DNA of 64,000 bases from an uncultured Gemmatimonadales bacterium (GTDB lineage Bacteria; Gemmatimonadota; Gemmatimonadetes; Gemmatimonadales; Gemmatimonadaceae), in the NCBI GenBank assembly GCA_963701965.1, contig OY969695.1, forward strand, positions 320,001-384,000. The letters run 5' to 3'. The notes beneath the pieces were generated by a model that was not told the DNA's origin, made no database searches, and worked only from the letters and a program-made list of their open reading frames with translations. Shown here piece after piece: positions 1 to 12,970 of the stretch (its first letter is position 1; the number at the start of each line of letters is the position of its first letter). The translations under genes and the position numbers were made by a program.

Positions 1-695
1 ACACCTTCGAGATGCAGGACGTGCCGGCGATTGGCCGGGTCGCCGCGGCGCGGGGCATTCCGGTCATCGTCGACAACACGTGGGCGACGCCCTACTACTT
101 CAAGCCGCTCCAGCACGGCGCCGACATCGCGATCCAGGCGGGGACGAAGTACCTCGTCGGCCATTCCGACGCGATGCTCGGTGTCGCGACCTGCACAGGG
201 GCGTGGCTGCCGCTGCTGCAGCGCTCGACCGCGCTCCACGGCAACTCGGTGAGCGCCGACGACTGCTACCTCGCTCTGCGCGGCATGCGCACGCTCGCGG
301 TGCGGCTGCGTCAGCACTACGAGGGCGCGTTGAAAGTCGCGGGCTGGCTGCAGGGCCGGCCGCAGGTCAGGCGGGTGCTCTATCCGCCGCTTGAGCAGGG
401 GACCGGCCGGGGGCTGTGGGAGCGCGACTTCACCGGCGCGTCGGGGCTGTTCGGCGTCGAACTCGATCCGGCGTGCGAGGCGCACGTCGATGCCTTCGTC
501 GATGGGCTGCAGCTCTTCGGCATCGGCGTGAGCTGGGGCGGGTACGAGAGCCTCGTGCTACCCAGCCACGTGCGGCGCAGCCTCCCTTCGACGTCTTCGG
601 GTCCGTTGGTCCGCTTCCACATCGGCCTCGAGGATCCCGACGACCTGATCGCCGACCTCGCAGCAGGTCTCGAGCGGATGCCAGCAGCACGCTGA
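1..695 (+). CDS. metC: Cystathionine beta-lyase / Cys-Met metabolism PLP-dependent C-S lyase (5' end outside window)
   Basis: VDNTWATP, PLP-lysine motif QAGTKYLVGHSD, RGMRTLAVRL, FGIGVSWGGYESL, RFHIGLED. Confidence 0.8.
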   Translation, partial: TFEMQDVPAIGRVAAARGIPVIVDNTWATPYYFKPLQHGADIAIQAGTKYLVGHSDAMLGVATCTGAWLPLLQRSTALHGNSVSADDCYLALRGMRTLAVRLRQHYEGALKVAGWLQGRPQVRRVLYPPLEQGTGRGLWERDFTGASGLFGVELDPACEAHVDAFVDGLQLFGIGVSWGGYESLVLPSHVRRSLPSTSSGPLVRFHIGLEDPDDLIADLAAGLERMPAAR

Positions 696-725
696 CGCGC
701 GCTCGGTTGGAAAAGCGCGAGGGCG

Positions 726-1502
726 TCAGGCCGCCGCGGCCGCCAGGGCCGCGCGAGGCACCGTGCCTTCGAGCGACCGCTCGACGAGGCGCGCCGCGGC
801 GATCACCTCGTCGGCGAGGCTCTTGATGTTTCCGGGCTTGATGCGCGCCGAAGGCCCGGAGACCCCGATCGCAGCGAGCACGTTGCCCTTGACGCTGCGG
901 ATCACAGCCGCGACGCCCCACACCGTCTCGCGCCATTCGCCGCGGTTGACCGCATAGCCGTTGGCGCGGATCCGGCCCATCTCGCGCAGGTACTCCTGCG
1001 GATCGATGATCGTGCGCGGCGTGTGCGCGCGCAGGTGCGAAGCCACCGACGCGAGCACGGGCGGGGGCTGCCACGCGAGCATCGCTTTTCCGGTGGCGAC
1101 GCAGAACGCCGGCGCGCGGCCGCCGATCTCCGAATACGCGCGCACCGGCTCGGGGCTGTCGAGCTTGTGGACGTAGACAACCTCCTCGCCGTCGAGCACG
1201 GAGAGGTGCACCGTCTCGCGGGTGCGCGCGAGGAGGCGTCCCATCGCCTCGCTCGCTGCCGCCTTGATGCGGTAGCCCACCTCGACCGCGGCGCCGAGCT
1301 CCCAGAGACGGAGCGACACTTGGTATTGCGCGGTCGATTCGTCCCTCAGCACGTAGCCGAGCTCGACGAGCGCCTGCAGCAGCCGATGCACGTTGCTCTT
1401 GCCCAGTGAGAGCTGCGCCGCGAGGTCGCTCACCCCTTGCGGCTCGCGGCTTCGCGCCAGCACCTCCAGCAGCTGCAGCCCCTTTACCAGCGTGTTATTC
1501 AT
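726..1502 (-). CDS. IclR family transcriptional regulator
   Basis: MNNTLVKGLQLLEVL HTH, ETVHL, ATGKAMLA, AAIGVSGP; start placed at ATG 1502. Confidence 0.9.
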   Translation of the reverse strand: MNNTLVKGLQLLEVLARSREPQGVSDLAAQLSLGKSNVHRLLQALVELGYVLRDESTAQYQVSLRLWELGAAVEVGYRIKAAASEAMGRLLARTRETVHLSVLDGEEVVYVHKLDSPEPVRAYSEIGGRAPAFCVATGKAMLAWQPPPVLASVASHLRAHTPRTIIDPQEYLREMGRIRANGYAVNRGEWRETVWGVAAVIRSVKGNVLAAIGVSGPSARIKPGNIKSLADEVIAAARLVERSLEGTVPRAALAAAAA

Positions 1503-1554
1503 CGGGCGTCGTCGAGAAGAAGGTGGATCGACCGTTCCATTGTATGGACCGCCC

Positions 1555-2198
1555 TCATGCACCAACAGTCCGTAGGCTGCCGTCGGGCAGGCGGAAGCGG
1601 TAGGCGAGCGACGCGGTCGCGGCGGGCTCGAGCACGGCCACGAGGTCGACCACGCCGAGGCGCCGCAGCACGCCGCGCAGCGCCTCGGCCTCGGGATGGC
1701 GCATTTCGATCCCCTCGAGCTTCGGGCCGAGGAACTGCATTGCCTGCGAGGGATGCGGCCCGGGCGACCATTCGATGAAGCCCGGCACGAGCCCGTCGTA
1801 CGGCATCGCGCCCGCCTCGGGCACGGTGAGCCGCCAGGTGCGCTCGCCGCGCGACATGCGCCGCGCTTCGCCGAGCTCGACCGGGCTCGTCGCGACGACG
1901 CGGTCGAGATCATCCGTGCGCACGACCCAGCCGACGCCGCGCGGCGCCGTCGCGATGCGCGCCTGCACGGCAGGATCGTCGAGCCCGAACCAGCGCTTGC
2001 GCGGCACCGGCGGCGCGTCGGGGTCGACCGCGATCAGCTCGAGGAAGCGCGCGTCGCCGACGTTGACCACGCGGTTGTGCGTGCTCATGTCGGGGTGCTT
2101 CCGCCCGGCGGGATGTCGATGCCGAGGGCATCGCGCAGCGCCGCGGCGCCGTCGGCGAGCGACGCCGTGCCGAGGGTGACGTGGTCGAGGGCGATCAT
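1555..2198 (-). CDS. VOC/glyoxalase-like protein, with one frameshift near 2100
   Basis: MIALDHVTLG...PGG in one frame joins KHPDMSTHNR...FLELIAVDP...FIEW in another. Confidence 0.8.
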
Positions 2199-4519
2199 CG
2201 TTCTTCTCCTGCGAAGTCGGGGCGCGGCACGAATGGCGGCGGCCGGTGCGCGGTGACCGGCGGCAGTGGCCCGTTCCAGCGCTCCACCTCGACCAGCGTG
2301 CTCTGCGCCGCGCAGCCCTGGCCGAGCCGCGAGCTGCCGCGGTCGGGCGTGAGCACGTTGGGGTTGCCGTGCTTGTCGAGCGTCCCGATCTCGCCCGGCA
2401 CGAGCGGGTCGTACCAGGCGCCCGTGGCCAGTTGCACCACCCCCGGGCGGATCGTGTCGCTGACCTGCACGCCGACGAGGATCGCGCCGCGGTCGTTGAA
2501 GACGCGCGCGACGTCGCCGGCGCGGATGCCGCGCGCCGCGGCGTCCGCGCCACTCATCTTCATCGGCTCGCGGCCCTGGATCTTGTCGGCGAGGCTGACG
2601 CTGCCCTGGTCGTACTGGCTGTGCAGCCGGTTCGCGGGCTGCGGCGAGAGCATGTGTAGCGGGAAGCGCTGCGCGCGCTCGCTGCCGAGGAACTCTTGCG
2701 AAGGCTTCCAGACCGGATGGCCCGGGCACTCCGCATAGCCGAGGCTCGCGAGCTTCTCGGAGAAGAGCTCGATCCGGCCCGACGGCGTGGCGAGCGGATG
2801 CTTCACCGGGTCGTCGCGGAACGCGCGCAGCAGGACATTCGGGCGCTGGGGCAGCGGGTACTCGAGGACGCCGCGGGCCCAGAACTCGTCGAACGACGGA
2901 AGCGTCAGGCCCGACTCGGCGGCGCGCGGCAGCGACTCGAGATAGAGCTGGCGCAGCCACGCCATCACGTCGCGGCCTTCCGTGAACGCCTGCTCGACGC
3001 CGAGCTTCGCGGCGATCGCGGCGAAGATCGCGTAGTCGTCCTTCGCCTCGGCGTGCGGCTCGAGCACCCGCTTCATCGCGGTCATGAAGCCGTCGCCCGA
3101 CGAGCTGCCGATGTCGTCGCGCTCGAGCATCACGGTGGCGGGCAGCACGACGTCGGAGAACTTTGCCTGCGCGGTCCAGTACGCCTCGTGGACGACGATC
3201 GTCTCGGGCCGGCGCCATGCGCCGATCAGCCGGTTGATGTCCTGGTGGTGGTGGAAGGCGTTGCCGCCCGCCCAGTAGACGAGGCGGATGTCGGGATAAG
3301 TGAGCGCCGCACCGTTGTAGTCGTAGGCGGCGCCCGGGTTCAGCAGCATGTCGGAGAGGCGCGCGACCGGGATGTAGGTCTCGATCGCGTTGTGGCCCTG
3401 CGGCAGGCGCGGGCCGGAGAAGCCGTTGCGGCCGGCGCCGATGTCGTTAAAGCAAGCGTAGCCGAGGCCGAGACCACCGCCCTCGGTGCCGATGTGGCCG
3501 AGCAGCGCGGCGAGCACGACGAGGGCGAAGAACGGCTGCTCGCCCTGCAGCGACCGCTGCAGCGACCAGGCCATGTTCACCATCGTGCGCTTGGCCGACA
3601 TGCGTCGCGCCAGGGTCCGGATCCGCTCCGCGTCGCAGCCGACGATCGGCGCCGCCCATTCGCAGCTCTTCGGCTGGCCGTCGCCCGTGCCGCGCACGTA
3701 ATCGGCGAAGCGGTCGAAGCCGCTGGTGTGGCTGGCGACGAAGGCGCGGTCGTACAGGTCCTCCTCGATCAGCACGTGGCAGAGCGCGAGGATGAAAGCG
3801 GTGTCGCTGCCCGGCCGGATCGACAGCCATTCGGCCTCGGGTATCTCGGCGAGGTCGTCCTTCACTGGCGAGACGTTGACGAACTCGACGCCGGCCTCGC
3901 GGAGCTTCCCGAGCCAAAACGGGATCGCGTGGTCGTTGGCGCCACCCGAATTCACCTGGGCATTGCGCGTCGGCAGGCCGCCGAAGGCGACGAACAGCTC
4001 GCAGTGCTCGGCGAGCAGCGACCAGCTCGTCTGCGTCGGCCGGAGCGTGTCGAGCTCGGCGATCACGTATGGCAGGACGCGCCGGCCGGCGGCGTTGCTG
4101 TACGTGTCCTTGAAGTAGACGTAACCGCCCGCGGCGTTGAGGAAACGGTGCACCTGGCTCTGCGCATGGTGGAAGCGCCCCGCGCTCGACCAGCCGTACG
4201 AGCCGCCGAAGATTGCTCCGTTGCCGTGCTCGCCGCGCACCCGCTCGATTTCCTTCGCGACGAGCGTGGTCGCCTCATCCCAGCTCACCTCGACGAAGGG
4301 CTCGCTGCCGCGCCGCTCGCGCGACGCCGCGCCCTTCTCGAGAAAGCCCGCGCGCACCGCGGGCCGGCGAACCCGCGTCGGGCCGTGCACCGTGTCGGGC
4401 AGCGAATGGCCGATCGGCGACGGATGGCGGTCCCACGGGACGGGCTTGACGCCGACGAGGCGGCCCTGATCGACGTCGAGGCGGTAGCTGCCCCAGTGGG
4501 TGGTGGTGAGGGGTTCCAT
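2195..4519 (-). CDS. Molybdopterin oxidoreductase, BisC/TorZ/DorA-like S/N-oxide reductase, no Tat signal
   Basis: TTHWG start, GGSYGWSSAGRFHHAQ, DTYS Mo-ligand Ser region, WAGGNAFHHHQD, RLHSQ. Confidence 0.9.
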   Translation of the reverse strand: MEPLTTTHWGSYRLDVDQGRLVGVKPVPWDRHPSPIGHSLPDTVHGPTRVRRPAVRAGFLEKGAASRERRGSEPFVEVSWDEATTLVAKEIERVRGEHGNGAIFGGSYGWSSAGRFHHAQSQVHRFLNAAGGYVYFKDTYSNAAGRRVLPYVIAELDTLRPTQTSWSLLAEHCELFVAFGGLPTRNAQVNSGGANDHAIPFWLGKLREAGVEFVNVSPVKDDLAEIPEAEWLSIRPGSDTAFILALCHVLIEEDLYDRAFVASHTSGFDRFADYVRGTGDGQPKSCEWAAPIVGCDAERIRTLARRMSAKRTMVNMAWSLQRSLQGEQPFFALVVLAALLGHIGTEGGGLGLGYACFNDIGAGRNGFSGPRLPQGHNAIETYIPVARLSDMLLNPGAAYDYNGAALTYPDIRLVYWAGGNAFHHHQDINRLIGAWRRPETIVVHEAYWTAQAKFSDVVLPATVMLERDDIGSSSGDGFMTAMKRVLEPHAEAKDDYAIFAAIAAKLGVEQAFTEGRDVMAWLRQLYLESLPRAAESGLTLPSFDEFWARGVLEYPLPQRPNVLLRAFRDDPVKHPLATPSGRIELFSEKLASLGYAECPGHPVWKPSQEFLGSERAQRFPLHMLSPQPANRLHSQYDQGSVSLADKIQGREPMKMSGADAAARGIRAGDVARVFNDRGAILVGVQVSDTIRPGVVQLATGAWYDPLVPGEIGTLDKHGNPNVLTPDRGSSRLGQGCAAQSTLVEVERWNGPLPPVTAHRPPPFVPRPDFAGEER

Positions 4520-4531
4520 GGTGGGGCTCTT

Positions 4532-5610
4532 TCAGGACGCGGGGGCGGCGGCGACGCGGTTCGGCGCCGGCGAGGACGCGGGCGGTGCGGCGCTCACCGG
4601 CGGTGCCCCGCTGCGTTGGGCGACCGTCGTCTCGACGCCCCATGCGGTGCGGATCCGGCCGTCGCCGGCGATCTCGACCCGGTGGCAGGCGACCGATTCG
4701 ACATCGCTCACCGCGCGCAGCTCGGGATAGACGCTCCGGCAAAGGTCGATCGCGTACGGGCAGCGGGTCGAGAAGCGGCAGCCTGGCGGCGGGTCGAGCG
4801 CGCTCGGCACCTCGCCTTCGAGCAGCGTCGCCGGCTTCGCCTCACCGAGAAGCCCGTCCATCGTTGGCGTCGCGTCGCGCAGCGCGGCCACGTACGGATG
4901 CAGCGGCGCGGTCCAGAAGCTGCGATGGCTCGACTGGGCGACGACGCGGCCGAGGTACATCACGGCGATCCTGTGCGCGAGATGGCGACGACGCAGAGGT
5001 CGTGCGAGATGAAGAGGTAGGTGAGGTCGAGCTCGCGCTGGAGCCGCGCAGCAGGTTGACACCTGCGCCTGCACCGAGACGTCGAGCGCCGAGACCGGCT
5101 CGTCGCAGACGATAGCTTGGGGCCGGCGCGAGGGCGCGGGCGATCCCGATCCGCTGCCGCTGCCCGCCCGAGAACTGGTGCGGAAGCCGCTCGAAGGCGC
5201 GGCCCGAGGCCGACCATGCGTGAGCAGCTCGCGACCCGCGCGCGCCGCTCGGCGCGGCCCGACGCCGTGCACGAGCAGCGGCTCGTCGACGATGGGCGCC
5301 GCCGTGAGGCGCGGGTTGAGCGAGCCGAACGGGTCCTGGAAGACCATCTGCATCCGCGGGGCGCAGCGGCCGCACCCGGCGCGCGTGAGCCCGTGAGCGC
5401 TGCCTCGAGCGTGATCGCGGCCGGCGTGGGCTCCGCCGAGGCCCATGACGCGCGCGCCAGCGTCGACTTGCCGCATCCCGACTCGCCGACCAGGGCGACC
5501 GTCTCGCCGGCTCGATGTCGAGCGTCGACCCCGTCGACCGCGCGCAGCACCTTGCCGGCGACCGGGAATTCGACCGCGACGCCGCGGCAAGAGAGCACGA
5601 GCCCCTCGTT
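4532..5610 (-). CDS. Peptide ABC transporter ATP-binding subunit (OppF-like), several frameshifts; 5' end approximate
   Basis: VGESGCGKST, MVFQDPFGSLNPR, SGGQRQRIGIARAL, CDEPVSALDVSVQAQ, PGCRFSTRCP spread over frames. Confidence 0.8.
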
Positions 5611-6595
5611 GCAGCGCTCGTCGTACGGTAGAAGCACGCCGCGGCGCGGGGATCGCCGTTCGATTCGAGCTCGGGCCGTTCCTCGGCGCAGCGCGCCTGG
5701 CGGCGCGGGCAGCGCGCGGCGAAGGCGCAGCCCTTGCCGAGCGGCCGGGCGCGGAGGTGCCGGAATCTCGACCAGGCGCGGAATCTCGCCGCCTCGCCGT
5801 CCATCGGCCGGTCGGGATCGCGGCGAGGAGGCCGACCGTGTACGGATGGCGCGGCGGCGAACACCGCGCGCACCGGGCCTGATTCGACGATGCGGCCGGC
5901 GTACATCACGGCGACGTCCTGCGCCGCCCGGCGGCACGGCGAGGTTGTGCGTGATCAGCACACCGCGGTGCCGTGTCCTGCTGCGCCTTCTTGAGAGCGC
6001 TGCATCACCTGCGCCTGCACCGTGATGTCGAGCGCGGTCGTCGGCTCGTCGGCGATCAGGATGCGCGGCTTCGACGCGAGCGCCATCGCGATCATCACGC
6101 GCTGGCACATGCCGCCCGAGAAGCGGTGCGGGTAATGGTCGATCCGCGTCTCGGGGTCGGGCAGGTGGACGTCTCAGCAGCTCGATCGCTACCTTGCGTG
6201 CCTCGGCCTTGCGCACGCCGCGGTGCGACGCGGATCGCCTCGACGTCTGCGCGCCGCGGTCTGCACCGGGTTGAGCGAGGCGTCGGGCCCTGGAAGATCA
6301 TCGAGATCGCGCCGTTGCGCACTTGGCACATGCGCGATTCGCTCGCCTTCGCCAGGTCTTCGCCCGCGAGGCGGATGCTGCCGTCGCCGAGGCGCACCCC
6401 GGGCTCGGGCAGGATGCGCAGCGCAGCGAGGAGCGCGGTCAGCGACTTGCCGCGAGCCCGATTCGCCCACGAGTCGCGAGCGTGCCGCCGGCGTCGACCC
6501 TGAAGCTCACGTCGTCGACGGAGGCGCACAGGCGTGGGCGCCGGGCAGACCGACTCGACGGACGAGGTGGTCGACCTCGAGCAAGGGGGGGGCGG
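5610..6595 (-). CDS. Peptide ABC transporter ATP-binding subunit (OppD-like), heavily frameshifted; ends approximate
   Basis: [36 protein letters not shown] fragments in different frames. Confidence 0.75.
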
Positions 6596-7448
6596 CGGGC
6601 GGCGTCTCGACGAGGCGAGGGTTGAGCGCGTCGTTCAGGCCTTCGCTGACGAGAGCTGATCGGCGAGCACCGTGAGCTGGATGGCGAGGAACCGGGAATC
6701 GCGGCGAGGTACCACGCGGTGCGCAGCGACTGGCGGGGCCGAAGCCGATCATCGCGCCCCAGCTCATCGAGTTCGGATCGCCGAGGCCGAGGAAGGACAG
6801 GCCCCGCCTCGATCAGGATCGCCGAGGCGACCATGATCGAGCCGGTGACGATGATCGGCGCGATGCAGTTCGGCAGGATTTGCGTGAAGATGATGCGCGG
6901 CGTGTCATGCCGATGACGACGCACGATTCGACGAAGGCGCGCTTGCGCAAGGTGAGGAACTGGCCGCGCACGAGTCGCGCCACCGGCGGCCACGAGACGA
7001 CGGCGATCGCGGCGCAGATGATCTTCGTCGAGGGCTGGAGCAGGGCGACGAGCACGATCACGAGCAGGAAGTGCGGGATCGTCTGGAACACCTCGGTGAA
7101 GCGCATCAGCAGGTCGTCGATCATGCCGCGGAAGTAGCCCGCGACCGCGCCGACGACGACGCCGATGAAGACTGCCGCGCTCGCGGCGACGATGCCGATC
7201 GTGAGCGAGACGCGCGCGCCGTGTATCAGCCCGGCGAGCACGTCGCGGCCGGCGTTGTCGGAGCCGAGCGGATGCGTCGGGTCGTCGCCGGGCCACTGGA
7301 ACGGCGTGGTCGCCATGGCGAACGGATCCATCGCATACAGGAACGGACCGACGATCGCCAGGACGACGATCGCCGCCAGGACGACAAGCCCGAACAGCGC
7401 GGTCGGGCTCCTCGCGAAGCGCGGCCAGAAGCCGAGCCGAGCGATCAC
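6590..7448 (-). CDS. Peptide ABC transporter permease (OppC-like), frameshifted 3' half; 3' end approximate
   Basis: HPLGSDNAGRDV, GARVSLTIG, ILPNCIAPIIV, SWGAMI, EGLNDALNPR. Confidence 0.8.
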
Positions 7449-8368
7449 TTGCCCACCTCGATGCGCGGGTCGAGCACGCTGTAGAGCAGGTCGACGCCGA
7501 GGTTGACGATGACCACGAGCACCGACGACATGAAGAGGATGCCCATCAGGAGGTTGTAGTCGCGCTGGAACAGGGCGTCGAACGCGAGCGTGCCCAGGCC
7601 GGGCCAGCCGAACACGACCTCGACGACGACCGAGCCGCCGAGCACCGCGCCGAGCTGCACGCCGAACAGGCTGACGAGCGGCAGGATCGCGTTGCGCAGC
7701 ACGTGCCGGTACGCGACCTGGCGCTCGCTGAGGCCCTTAGCCTTGGCGGTACGCGCGAAGTCCATGCCGGCGATCTCGAGCATCGAGGCGCGCATCAGCC
7801 GGGTGTAGGTGGAGATGTAGAAGAGAGCGAGCGTGACGGCGGGCATCAGCAGGTGCTTGCCGACGTCGAAGGCGTTGCCGACCGGCCCGAAGTCCTCGCC
7901 GATCGTGCTCATGCCGCTGCTCGGCAAGAGGCCTAGCTTCACCGACATCAGCACCGTGAGCATGAGGCCGAACCAGAACAGCGGCGTCGAGTAGCCGAGT
8001 AGCGCGACGACCGAGATCACCGAGTCGCGCAGCGACCCGGGCCGGCGCGCCGCGGCGACGCCGAGGACGATGCCGCCGACGAGCGCGATCCCGAGCGCGC
8101 TGAACATCAGCAGCAGCGTTGCTGGAAAGCGCGACAGGATGAGCTTCACGACCGATTCGTTGTGGCGGAACGAATGGCCGAGGTCGAGCGTCGCGAGCGC
8201 GCCGAGGTAGCGGCCGAGGCGCACCGGCAGCGGCTTGTCGAGGCTGTATTTCTCGCGAAGCGCGGCGAGGTAGGCCGCATCGGCCGCGCCGGACTCGCCC
8301 GCCATCACGTCGACCATGTCCCCCGGCGCGGCGTTGACGATCAGGAAGTTGGTGCAGGCGATCAGCAC
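7445..8368 (-). CDS. Peptide ABC transporter permease (OppB-like), N-terminus missing and fused to clpC
   Basis: [54 protein letters not shown]. Confidence 0.85.
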   Translation of the reverse strand: MLIACTNFLIVNAAPGDMVDVMAGESGAADAAYLAALREKYSLDKPLPVRLGRYLGALATLDLGHSFRHNESVVKLILSRFPATLLLMFSALGIALVGGIVLGVAAARRPGSLRDSVISVVALLGYSTPLFWFGLMLTVLMSVKLGLLPSSGMSTIGEDFGPVGNAFDVGKHLLMPAVTLALFYISTYTRLMRASMLEIAGMDFARTAKAKGLSERQVAYRHVLRNAILPLVSLFGVQLGAVLGGSVVVEVVFGWPGLGTLAFDALFQRDYNLLMGILFMSSVLVVIVNLGVDLLYSVLDPRIEVGK

Positions 8369-10638
<2,270 letters not shown>

Positions 10639-10692
10639 GTCGATCTTACCCCCTCAACTGTCGCAACCGCCGCCAGTGGTCGCCGTGTCTCG

Positions 10693-11778
10693 TTATTCCG
10701 GCGACCCGGCTTCGGTGGCGAGTGTCTGCCGCACGTACCGCGCGCGGGCTTGGCTCGCCTCGCTCTCCGTGAGCGCACGACCCTCCATGTGGGCCAGGTG
10801 CGCCAACTGACTGAAAATCAGGAGCTTGTTGAGGGTATATACACTGAGACCCGTGATCAGTTTCAGGCTGACCGCCAGCCTCACCCCACTCAGATAATTC
10901 ATCGCCTCGTCGAACGTGAGGCTTCGGGCATAGCGCAACGTCCCATACGCGCGCCACACCTTGTCTTCAATAATATAACCGGCATCCCGAAGCAAGAGTC
11001 GGCGCGCCTCTTCTTCGCTGGCAATGACTTTCTTCACGACCTCGATGAGCTGCGACAGGAGCTCGTCCTCGGATTTCCCCAACGTCGTCTGGTTCGAGAT
11101 CTGAAAGAAGTTCCCGACGACTTCACTGCCCTCACCGTACAAGCCGCGGTACGTTAGCCCCATCTGCTGGAGGCTGGCGAGGACCTTACTCATCTCTTTG
11201 GTCAGGACCAGACCCGGGAGATGAATCAGGACCGACGCGCGCATCCCGGTGCCGACGTTGGTCGGGCAAGCCGTGAGGAAACCAAACTCCGGATGAAACG
11301 CGAAGGGCACCCGCGACCCGAGCTCCTGATCGAGCTGTTGCACCGCGGCCCATGCCGTCTTGAGCGAAAATCCCGATCGCAGGGACTGCAGGCGCAGATG
11401 ATCCTCTTCATTGATCATGACGCCCACATCGTCGCCGAGATACAGCGCCGCGCCGCTCCGGACCGGGTGCTGCGCGTCGAGGCCCGCCAGCTCTTTGCTG
11501 ACCAAGTGCCGCTCATGGAGCAGCAACCGATCGCTGGACGGCAACTCGTCGACACGGACCAAGACCCCTCCCCGAAGGCTCGGCACCTCGCGCACCGCGT
11601 CCCGAATCTGGGCCAGCACCCGCAGCCGCTCGCCGTCCCGCGCGCGCCCGGTAAACGCGAACCCGTCGACGTTCCGCGCCAAACGAATCCGTGTCGAAAG
11701 CACGACATCCGAGTGCTCGCCGGACGCGTCCAGCCAGCTGACGCCTCCATCGGGCAACAATGACAGGTCCAATGCCAT
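10693..11778 (-). CDS. mcsB: Protein-arginine kinase McsB
   Basis: STRIRLARN, MINEEDHLR, LTACPTNVGTGMRASV, FQISNQTTLG. Confidence 0.95.
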   Translation of the reverse strand: MALDLSLLPDGGVSWLDASGEHSDVVLSTRIRLARNVDGFAFTGRARDGERLRVLAQIRDAVREVPSLRGGVLVRVDELPSSDRLLLHERHLVSKELAGLDAQHPVRSGAALYLGDDVGVMINEEDHLRLQSLRSGFSLKTAWAAVQQLDQELGSRVPFAFHPEFGFLTACPTNVGTGMRASVLIHLPGLVLTKEMSKVLASLQQMGLTYRGLYGEGSEVVGNFFQISNQTTLGKSEDELLSQLIEVVKKVIASEEEARRLLLRDAGYIIEDKVWRAYGTLRYARSLTFDEAMNYLSGVRLAVSLKLITGLSVYTLNKLLIFSQLAHLAHMEGRALTESEASQARARYVRQTLATEAGSPE

Positions 11779-11780
11779 AA

Positions 11781-12269
11781 CTATTCCAAGACTCGCAGCC
11801 GATCGCGAATATCGGCGGCCAACTCGAACTGCTCGGCTTCGATCGCCCGCTTGAGCTGCGCCCGCAGGTCGCCGACCTGGGTCTGTCGCTCCGACTCATC
11901 GTGGTGCGGCGGCTCGTACTGTCGCCCGGCGTGCCGGGCGCTCCCGTGGACGCGGCGCAGCAGGTCGCGGAGGGCAATCTCGAACGCACCGTAGCATTTG
12001 GGACATCCGAGACGACCCGTCGCCCGGAAGTCCCCCAGGGTCGCCGAGCAAAAGTCGCAGCGCCCTTGATCGCGCGCGCTCATGCCCCCGGTGGCCGGTT
12101 GGTGCAGCTTCTGGAGCAGTTGGCCAATCTGCGGGTGAGGGGTCGGATCAGACTGGACGCCCCGCTCCGCCGCGCATTTCTCGCACAGGCAGATCTCGCG
12201 CTTCTCGCCAGCCGCGACTGACGTCAGCTTGACGACCCCCTCGCGTTCTTTGCAGTTCTCGCAGAGCAC
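11781..12269 (-). CDS. mcsA: McsA, CxxC motifs plus UVR domain
   Basis: Four CxxC motifs, GRLGCPKCY, EQFELAADIRD; directly upstream of mcsB. Confidence 0.92.
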   Translation of the reverse strand: MLCENCKEREGVVKLTSVAAGEKREICLCEKCAAERGVQSDPTPHPQIGQLLQKLHQPATGGMSARDQGRCDFCSATLGDFRATGRLGCPKCYGAFEIALRDLLRRVHGSARHAGRQYEPPHHDESERQTQVGDLRAQLKRAIEAEQFELAADIRDRLRVLE

Positions 12270-12970
12270 TAGGCCACCCCCTCCCCGACGACCGTCGGCG
12301 CCAACTGGCCGTTCTCTAAGAGTAGGACGCGGTGGGCCCGGGCCGCTAGCGAACGGTTGTGCGTCACCACCACCATGCCGATTTCCATATCCCGCACGAG
12401 CTCGGCGAACAACTCGTGCAGCAGCTCCGCGTTGCCCTGGTCGAGGTTTCCCGACGGTTCATCGGCGAGCACGATCGCCGGATCCGTCGCCAGCGCCCGT
12501 GCCACCGCCGTCCGTTGCTGCTCGCCACCGGACAGTTCCGCCGGTCGATGATGCATCCGCCCACTCAACCCGACGCGCGCCAGGAGTTCCTCGGCCCGGC
12601 TGCGGGCCTGCCGGTTCGGGACGCCGGCGATGCGGAGCGGCATCATGACGTTTTCCAGGGCCGAGAACTCCCGCAACAAATGGTGGAACTGAAACACGAA
12701 GCCCACAGCGCGATTGCGGAGCGTCGCCAACGCCTCGTCATTCCGGCCGTGGATCGGCTCCCCGGCCAATATGACGTACCCCTTGGTCGGCGGGTCGAGC
12801 GCACCCAGGAGATGGAGGAGCGTACTCTTGCCCGCGCCGCTGGAGCCGACGACCGCCACCATCTCCCCGCGTTGCACGACGAGGTCGACCCCGGAGAGGA
12901 TGTGGAGGAGTCCCCCATCCCCACCGCGGTACGTTTTCCACAAATCGCGCGCTTCGAGGACTGCCATCAT
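12269..12970 (-). CDS. lolD: Lipoprotein-releasing ABC transporter ATPase
   Basis: GSSGAGKST, VGFVFQFHHLL, LSGGEQQR, ADEPSGNLD. Confidence 0.9.
   Translation of the reverse strand: MMAVLEARDLWKTYRGGDGGLLHILSGVDLVVQRGEMVAVVGSSGAGKSTLLHLLGALDPPTKGYVILAGEPIHGRNDEALATLRNRAVGFVFQFHHLLREFSALENVMMPLRIAGVPNRQARSRAEELLARVGLSGRMHHRPAELSGGEQQRTAVARALATDPAIVLADEPSGNLDQGNAELLHELFAELVRDMEIGMVVVTHNRSLAARAHRVLLLENGQLAPTVVGEGVA

Noticed and set aside
2696..5020. Long antisense ORFs (also 8661-10622, 30117-31769, 53424-55406)
   Set aside because: Typical high-GC shadows of well-supported genes on the other strand.
4532..6900. Programmed frameshifting or true decay of the ABC transporter genes
   Set aside because: Dense random indels with intact motifs look like low-coverage long-read error.
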